A stretch of 61,829 nt of DNA, filler included, from Choristocarpus tenellus KU-1152 (Eukaryota; Protista; Phaeophyceae), in the NCBI GenBank assembly GCA_964200185.2. It is 9 parts of 9 records of this genome, joined end to end, with 100 filler letters (N's around TTAATTAATTAA, not from the genome) between each part and the next. Parts side by side here need not be neighbours in the genome. Positions count along the whole stretch, not along the records: positions 50,197 to 54,621 come from CAXNAD020014605.1; positions 54,722 to 61,829 come from CAXNAD020006685.1; 7 more parts are not named here. One strand, given 5' to 3'. This document shows positions 53,779 through 61,829 of this stretch, one piece after another. The notes below the pieces were generated by a model. It searched no databases, was not told the DNA's origin, and saw only the letters and a list, made by a program, of their open reading frames with translations. Every line of letters starts with the position of its first letter. Within the stretch, counting starts at the first letter, position 1. The position numbers and the translations under genes were made by a program.

Positions 53779-54942
53779 GTTCAGAGATTAAGCAGAAGGA
53801 CACACGTTTCAACTTTCAACCCTTGGACTCCAGGTTGAGGATGTTGTTAATCGTTGTATGTTTATCGTAGTATGTAACACATTATAGCGCACGGATCATC
53901 CGCGCGCTGCGACGAACATCAATAGATATCCCTGTCAAAAAAGATCATGAAGAAATCTAAGTTTTACTATTCCCAAGAATTTGGCATGGTACACAAGTAA
54001 ACAACCCGACTTTCCGACAAAGAAGAGGAAGTAATGAGGGTGTACAGAAGGATAAAATATTGGATGGTGGAAGGGAGACCTGCATGGCGGTCGAGAAACT
54101 AACAGAATTAGTAGCGCTGAAAACTTGGAATTTCGTGAGAAAAGGGATATTGCATGGTCGAAGTTTTTGGATGGACTAAGTGGGCAAGCTGAAAGCAAAT
54201 CTTGAGCAAACTTTGCCACGGGGGATAGAAGAAGTGACATGCAGCAAAAGGTGGAGGTGCGTGTTGAGGAGACGAAACGGTATGAGAGGCCTTTTACAGG
54301 TATTGGTGATGAAATTGACAAGAAGAGTGGGGCATAATAGTGTAGTAGGGTGGTATGCGTTTGGGAGCTGGACATTGATGGCAAAATTGACAAAGTCGGG
54401 CATATTTTTGGGTGGTATCTGGTGTGAACCACATTGATTGAAAGTGATAATCGAGGACCGAGCGATGGTAGGGTTGATACATAGGGGGATACATTATTAT
54501 TTAATTGGGGTATTAATCATCTCCTCACTTTTAGTCTGGAATTCCTCCACTATCTCCACCCGACCTAAAACAGCCGATTTCAAAAATTGAGGATGGAGCT
54601 TTTCATTGAGGATGGGCTTGANNNNNNNNNNNNNNNNNNNNNNNNNNNNNNNNNNNNNNNNNNNNTTAATTAATTAANNNNNNNNNNNNNNNNNNNNNNN
54701 NNNNNNNNNNNNNNNNNNNNNGGGGAAAAAACGGACGCCGACCCCCCCCCCCCAGAAAATTTGACCCCTAGATGTTCGAGTCATCACAAGTTTGTTCTAC
54801 AAAGGAGCTCTAATGTTTATGTTTAAATATTAATTTGTTGATGAGAATTGTGTCAAAGATGTTGGACAAAGTAAAGGGAAGAAATCCATGTACAGTTAAA
54901 ACAGTCCCTGATTTGATCAAGAACAACCCTAAGCATGAGGTA

Positions 54943-57900
54943 CACACCTGCTCACGCCCTCCTTGACTGGAGATCTCCATATCTCTATCAAACCACTCTC
55001 TGCCGAAGAACCAACGAGTGCAATTCTTTGGCTGTCACATCTTGTGGAGGGATCTCCTTCACCATTGCTGAACTTTGATTGGGCGCCAGCGGTCAGCAAC
55101 TGCCCCATCACGCCAATGCCCCCTCCAGACTGCCTCGGTACACAGAGATGAGAGAGAAAGTATCTTAGAGGGTACGAGTTTTGCCCTGTTTGTCCATTTG
55201 AGGCTTGCCTTCCCATAGATTTTTTAATGATATTTTCCTACTCCAAATTGTTTCGGAGTAGGCAAAACGTGTATGTTATGAAAAGGTGTGTCCAGAACAA
55301 GGATAATGACACTTTCTAACAAACATGATAGCCAAAATTACATCAAAATCGTAACATTGGATTTTGGCCCCCCAAATGAATGCGGCCCTACCCTCTAAGA
55401 TACTTTGGCTTTGAAGTAAATAGCATTTGCAAATGGAAATACTCAATTTCAACTTTTGCAGCAATATGCAAGCATATTCCAGTCCACTCTCTTTAACCTT
55501 CACCTCCAAACCAAGAAATTGTGGTGCCATCACCAACACCACCTCATGTCTCAATCTCATCTTCTGACAATTCACCCCCTTCCTGAGTAGCCTTACCTGC
55601 ACTACTTTCAACACAAGCTACCTCCACTCGCATATCCCTGAGGTACTGCACCAAGCCCTCAACTACATCTCTCTCTGCTCTTCTAGTTGTAGCCTCTTCT
55701 GACCCCTAGCAATGTTGTTTTTGGTCGGAAGCTCCTTGTCAGCCTTGATATGATTTGACGATTTTCCAATCCCTCTCTAAATCAGGCTCACAGTTGATAC
55801 CTCATACTATTTTCCTATTTTGTCCAGGAGCAAGATACACATTGCATGGAACAAAACTTGTAAAACAGCCCTGCTTGATCAATTTGTAGATGTGACTTAC
55901 AAGGCACATATCACAATATACCTTTTGCTTTCGGCATTCCCCCCTCTTGCCAACCCATCAACACCACCAGCCTGCCCATGCTATGCTTATCATCCTGTAG
56001 CGATGAAGACAATTTTCACCGCCCCCATCCATTCCATTTCTATTTTATCGGACCTCGTTTTGGGAAGAAAGAGGTCATGCTTTGGCCCCAAAACCAAATC
56101 GCATGATTTGTGCCTCTTGCTTCCGGCGAACCATCTCTCCTGACCTTCTCCACAAAACAGCCTGTGACCACGCTATCCACCTGATCCAGCAAGAACCTAA
56201 AAATAATGCAGATTTAAACATCAGGCATAGCCGCGGTCAGATAACACTTGCACGGTACACAACACAAACATAACAGGTATGAAATAATACCTCAGAGTGT
56301 CGTTTGTGATGTCCTAGCTGCCTTCTTGCCACCAATTACTCCGCTGGCAAGAAGCTACTTCTGAACCTGCTGGGCATGTTTGCCCATTCTTACCCCGTAA
56401 CAATTACCTTACTGACATTTGTGCCAAAAGAAAATGGCATGCCTTATTGACTGACATACCCTATCGACACATGCCTTTCAAGAACCCACTCACTGTTTAT
56501 TTTCGTATCACAATTATTCAATGCCAATTACTTTGATGCATGATGCATGATGCAAGATGCAATGATGCTCAAAAACGTTTTGCAGATAATATATCATGAA
56601 GAACTAAGTGACACACACAACAGGTCTGGCCCCGTGGTCAAAGACGATACAAAATTGAGAGCAGAAAATATCATATCTTAGGTGGGAAAGCAGAAAAGAA
56701 AAAATGCAGAAATACTAAAAATGAATTGCAGAAAGATTTTGGAAAAGCAAGATAAATGCACAAGAGAAGAAAATCCGGAAAACTTGAACACACCAAAAAG
56801 AGGGAGTCTCACAGCTAGATCTATCAAGCAATCCATTCCAGTACACACCAGCACCATAGCAAACTACTAGAGTAGTTCCTACAGATTTGCAACCAAATGG
56901 TCATGGTGCAACCTTGCTAAATTTTCGTTCTTCACTCAAATCTCACTAGGGTCGTTTGGGGCATTTTCGTAGGTCAGTGGTTGAATGTACAATATCCCGT
57001 GCATTAGTCTCACAGCTTCAAGCCCCTTCAATGCCAGATTGCATTGGGTGTACTCGTAGCTCAGTGGTATCGTATCAGCTTCTGTTAAAGAAATGCATGG
57101 GATTTTAAATGGTCACTGTCAGATTCTCTTTAAAAAAAAAACATTATTCAAAAGAATATGTGACAAGCACAACAGGACAGTATGCATATACCCTCTTGCC
57201 TCTGTCGCAACTAAACCACAAAAAATAACGTAGAAAATCTTCATTGTGTTGGTCAGGCTTCATGGCAGCCAGGTGAATAGTGTACAGGATTATATGGAGG
57301 TGGAACAACAAGCAGTGGAATGCCTGAACCCAACACATGGAAATGAAACGGGCACAGGGCAGTACGATAAGTCATTGTATTTGTAATCAATTGGTAGTGG
57401 AATGTGTAGGTCACTGACCATCGAAAGGGGCTAGGTAGTTGGGCTAGTCCCAAGTCCTGACCTAACCGTAGTAAATAGTTAAAAATGCATTAGTAATGGT
57501 AGGTAGCGCTAGAAGTGAACCAATAGATATTTGTATCTATCGCCACACACACCCTTTCCCTTCTACCTAAGTGGATGTTTGCTGAAGACCTTATTTTTTT
57601 TGTGCCGCCAGGCACGGCCCTGGTCGGTGATGCCGTCATTGCTTAGGAATTCCCTGTTACACACAGACCACTCTAAGCCAGTTAGAAACTCCAAGTTAAA
57701 GACAGACCCCACAGTTTCTTAATATACTTAAGTATACAATTAGCTGAGCCATCTCCTCGTACATACAACACACCTGGGATAGCCCCACCTCTACTACCCA
57801 GGCAAAACCCTCCTGATCATTTCCTCCTGGAACTGGAGCACTGTGACTGTTAGTGGGAGTCCTCAGGAGTGTCTTCTCCTCTTTTCCCAAGGCCACAGTT

Positions 57901-58142
57901 CCCCCATAAGCATATCCAGCTGTTTTTACTGGAGCACTCTGGGTACTAACTGGAAGAGTTTTCTTCCTCCCTTTTCCCCTCAGTAAGGATCTACCGTGTT
58001 TACTCAAGCACACAAGCTCACTTTTCTTTTCGTCCTGGTGCTGGTGGAAGATAGCAGCTTCTAATTGGAAATCCCCTCCTCTTCCCCCACTGTTCGCCAC
58101 ACACAGGTATGTGCCTGTGAGAGGCCTGTAGTACCCCATCCT
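54943..58142 (-). CDS. Uncharacterised multi-exon gene fragment (structure tentative)
   Basis: Exon-like open segments with splice signals at ~58141-57773, ~56162-56021, 55705-55597 (GCAG|GTAAGG) and possibly ~55135-54948. Phase not fully reconciled. Confidence 0.4.
55152..55411 (+). mobile_element. MITE family A copy 5
   Basis: Perfect 18-bp inner TIR AAAGTATCTTAGAGGGTA / TACCCTCTAAGATACTTT; 3-bp TSD TGA. Confidence 0.9.
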
Positions 58143-58423
58143 GGTCATGGAAGTCAGCAGTCGACAATTATGGTTGTGGCAATTGAGACACAGGAGTTCT
58201 CAACAGGACTTCCTTAACATGTTCCTGATCCTGCAAAGCTGTAGACAGAGCGCAAAGAAATAATTGCGACGGGGGTGCAGAGATCAGCATACAATAGGAT
58301 GTTGCAAGGGACACCTAGAATAGAAGGATGGGCATATCTTCGCCACGTATTCGTCTGAGGCACAGTTTCGAACACAGAAACATATACGAAGCGAAAACCA
58401 CACTCCCACCTTCATCACGTTCA

Positions 58424-60959
58424 TTAGAATCTGAACCTGTACTTGGCAATTTCACGAACTGCATTTGCAATGTCAAGCCTAGTCATAACAGATGCCCACA
58501 TCAATCTACCAACTGCCTCTCTGTACGGTGTACTTTTATCAACACTTCGATGATTCTCACTCTTGTCTAGAGCCCTTGAGAGATCATGGGGTACCGACCT
58601 CTTCTTTGCCCCATCCATACCAAATCTTTGACACTCTTAATGTACCTAGTCTGACTGATGGTAACAGTCTGTGCATTTTTGTCACGTGAAATCTCACAAC
58701 CCATATAATACTCAAGATCACCAAAATCTTCTATGGAAAACTGCTCTTTAATCCTAGAGCGAACCCAAATCAAAACATCCATTTTACCAGCTACCAAAAG
58801 ACCATCTACGTGGGGGGCTATCACAGCACAAACAACATCTCTTACATAGCGTAACACACAAGGGTCTGCTCTACATTGCTCAAAACCACACTTTTCCAAA
58901 ACGTGCACCAACAGATTATTGAATTCTCTGTTTGCCTGTTTGGTGCCATAGAGTACTTTTATCAAACGCACAATCTTTCCAGACCATACACCACATCCAT
59001 CACATAAACGAACAAAAACCTCTTCACTAATATCTGCTCGTATAAATGCTTGTTTCACATCCCAATGTTTCAATTTCCAATCCTTGTCTGCAGCTAAAAC
59101 TAAAACCATTCTCAAAGATGTAGGGGACGGTGTTGGTGCAAAGGTATCTTGATAATCTAAACCCTCAAGTTGTCGAAAACCTTTGCTACCAAACGTGCCT
59201 TGTATCTAACTACCTCACCAAATTTGTTGGTCTTACGCTTGTGAATCCATTTAGTGCCTATAGCCCTGCGTCCAGGGGGTAATACGGCCTCCACCCAAAC
59301 ATTATTCAATAACAAACCAGACATCTCTTCTGCTCTAGCTCGATCCCATAAATCACATTCAGGAGAGCTATGTGCTGCTCTTAACAGTCTTGGGTTCTGG
59401 AGGGAATTCATCCGCTAACACTCTAATAGAATCATCACTCGCACACAACACAAGGGTAGTCTCTATGGAAACAGACAAACAAATAATAAAAATTGGCATG
59501 TTAAAAACAGCAGCATAGGCGGAAGTAGGATCATTGCCTGATCTGGTACCGTGGGGAAGAATGTTGTCTTCACCATTGCCAATGCTGAGTCGTCGTAGTT
59601 CCCTTTCACATTGGCTGTCCTTGGTCTCATCCACCCCATCATCATCACTATCATTGCTATCCACTTCCTTATCCCTACTAGCAGAAGGTGAAGAGAGAAG
59701 ATTGAAGGCTACTTTCAGGACAAGTGCAACAGACGTCAGAGTAACATGCACCGACTCATCGTGGCCAACATTGAAATTTAAATCAATCTTGCCATACCCC
59801 ATAATGGGTATTGATGTGCCGTCAGCCACGGTCATGTTGTGGCCTTGTGGACATGTGGTGAAGTCTTACATATACTGCAAGTCTTTAGTTACACTGTTGG
59901 AAGCACCCGAATCAAAATTCACGTTTCGAGAGCATTCAATCTCACCTTGCCATTATCAGCCACATTGGCTAACATGGTCTTGAACTTCCTTCCAGTTTTA
60001 GCCGGTTCCTCTGATCCAGCTAGTACTCTCGCCGACTCTGACGGATTCGCCCTCTGGTGATATGATCTTCCGACCGACTTCGGTGGTCCTGCCCTCCTCT
60101 GAGAGCAAACAGCTCGAACGGGTGGCCATTCTTCCCGCAGCTGTAACACAGTCCTTTATAAGTAGAGGAATCTGCGTGCTTTCCTGTAACACAATCCTTT
60201 ATATGTATAGGAATCTGCATGCTTTCCTGTCTTCTGGGATGATCCTCTCATCCCAGGGTATGTACGGTGATCAGTCGTACCACGGCTGCCACCTAGGCTA
60301 GCCCTTCTTGAGTTCCTCGCGGCTAGAGCGCCACCAGGCTCTCCACAGTCTCCTATTTCTCGTTCGAGCGAGAAATAGCGCGAACGAGCGGCTTGTTGAA
60401 TAGTAGTCCTCCAACGCTCCTCCTTGTTAAGGTGCTGGAGATAGTGTTTGGTTATCTGATAGTCCTCATCCAAACAATCCAGCATGGCGATTCCTAAGAC
60501 TTGCTCGGACATCACATGCCCCATTATCGCCATCTGGCCAACCCAGTCCAGCATCATAGTGAAGGTGATTTGGGGATCTGATCCCCTAGGCATCTTGACC
60601 GTCATGACCTTCCTTTGGAGTCGGACTATTTCCTCATCTGATTGAATAAGGAAGTGTTCTCGTAGTTGTTGCCAGGCTCCTGAAGGTGAGGCAGCATTCC
60701 GGACTATACACTGGTAAATTCCGCTGGTGCTCCTCAGCAGGACGTCATATGCCTTCTTGGCCTTGGTGACTTCATCTTCACTGACATCTTCGCCCTTAAT
60801 GAATTCGATGTCACCAACTCTGATGGGTATCCTCCTATACTCCAGTGCCTCATCAATGTCCCCCTTAGCACCCAAAAATGCGCGCGTTGTAGCGAACCAG
60901 TCCGCATAATTGTTGTCCGAGAGCTGGAGGAGTTCGGTGTTGGTCCCATCAGAAGCCAT
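58424..60959 (-). mobile_element. Ty1/copia retrotransposon relic: gag, protease, RT; integrase deleted, RNase H missing
   Basis: gag LSDNNYADW...AWQQLREHF (60959-60156); knuckle CYSCGKNGH; protease FDSGAS (~59905), VADGT, FNLLS; RT EPKT, GRRAIGTKW, RYKARLVAK, WDVKQAF, LYGTKQA, HVDG (decayed YVDD), PYREAVGRLMW...TRLDIA. Confidence 0.92.
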
Positions 60960-61809
60960 GTGTGGTGCTATGCCAATTCAAAACAAACCAGTCTGGCTTC
61001 GCCTCCCCTGGCCAGAGTTTGGAATAAGCGCTTAAGCATGTTGAGAAGCTTGGCTAACATGAGGCTCGTCGCCGGAAGCTAGCAGTTGAATTACATGGTA
61101 AAGCACACACTGAATTATTAATTGCCTGTCAACCATCCATCATCACTGACGTGTGGATTAGTGTTGACTTATTATATTTTTATATACGTATGTATTCTGT
61201 ATCATACCTAACCAAATATAAACGTACGTATAACCTATGTTGCATACTTGTGTCAGCACAAACAACGTAAGGATAACACTAGGTTATTCGACAAAGGAGT
61301 AGTCAGATCCCACCTACGCCAAATTGTCTCGGTGACTACGCAAGTGGCACAGTCTAGACGTGTCATGCGTTTTAAGCTAGAGTCACCAGGGAGATGGGCA
61401 CGGAGGGGTTTATCGGATTCTTGGGATGCCTCCCTAGCTCCTCCCCCCGGGGCGCAGGAGTAGGTAGGTTGGAAGCACAGGAAGACAGTAGTACAGTATT
61501 CATAGTGGTTAACTAACAACTAGATCAGTGTTTTTCATATGTATGATATTTTATTTCCTTAGGGCTTATACTGACATATGTATAGTTTCATTTCTTTCTC
61601 CCCTGACGCATCTACAAAATGTCAGAGGGCATAATAATAAATAAATTGAAGTGACGCTGCTGGTGGAACGGTATAGCACCCTCCAACATTTTGCCATGAA
61701 TCAGAGCAGAGAAAATACAAAAATCTAGGCTAAACTTTTAGACAAGAGTGGTAACTTTCAAAAGGCTTTACAGAAACAAACGAACCACAGGACAGTGTCC
61801 CCTAAGAGA

Positions 61810-61829
61810 GGCTCAAAGTATCTGGGGGG
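61810..61829 (+). mobile_element. MITE family B 5' terminus at window end
   Basis: GGCTCAAAGTATCTGGGGGG, identical to the start at 19451. Confidence 0.7.

Noticed and set aside
53935-54500. 165-aa minus-strand ORF and purine-rich plus strand
   Set aside because: No recognisable motif or splice structure; possibly a decayed TE but unsupported.
2787-54721. TTAATTAATTAA inside N-runs as a biological repeat, and gene clustering across them
   Set aside because: Identical 100-bp synthetic linkers; the contigs are not known to be adjacent.

Overview
This is eukaryotic, intron-rich draft-genome DNA, most likely an ochrophyte stramenopile such as a brown alga or relative. That assignment is inferred from a signal-peptide+SAF plastid presequence, long GT-AG introns and TTAGGG-like motifs. 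The window is nine separate contigs joined by eight artificial 100-bp linkers (N44-TTAATTAATTAA-N44), so adjacency across linkers is not biological. Genes reconstructed by hand: a 17-exon internal part of DNA-PKcs (PRKDC), a plastid-targeted chlorophyllase-like alpha/beta hydrolase (5' part), an SCFD2/MIP3-like gene head-to-head with a complete CARNMT1/N2227-family methyltransferase (signal-peptide-like N-terminus, probable GC-AG intron), the last exon of proteasome beta5, and four uncharacterised genes. Transposon relics: an integrase-deleted Ty1/copia, a Ty3/gypsy gag, a CRE-like LINE RT, a DD39D mariner and a possible Penelope-like element. Two abundant MITE families share terminal and subterminal motifs and have variable 3-bp TSDs. 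The strongest novelty candidates are this MITE pair, G/T-rich versus C/A-rich complementary intron ends, the plastid hydrolase and the apparently secretory CARNMT1 paralogue. All homology calls come from recalled motifs, not database searches.
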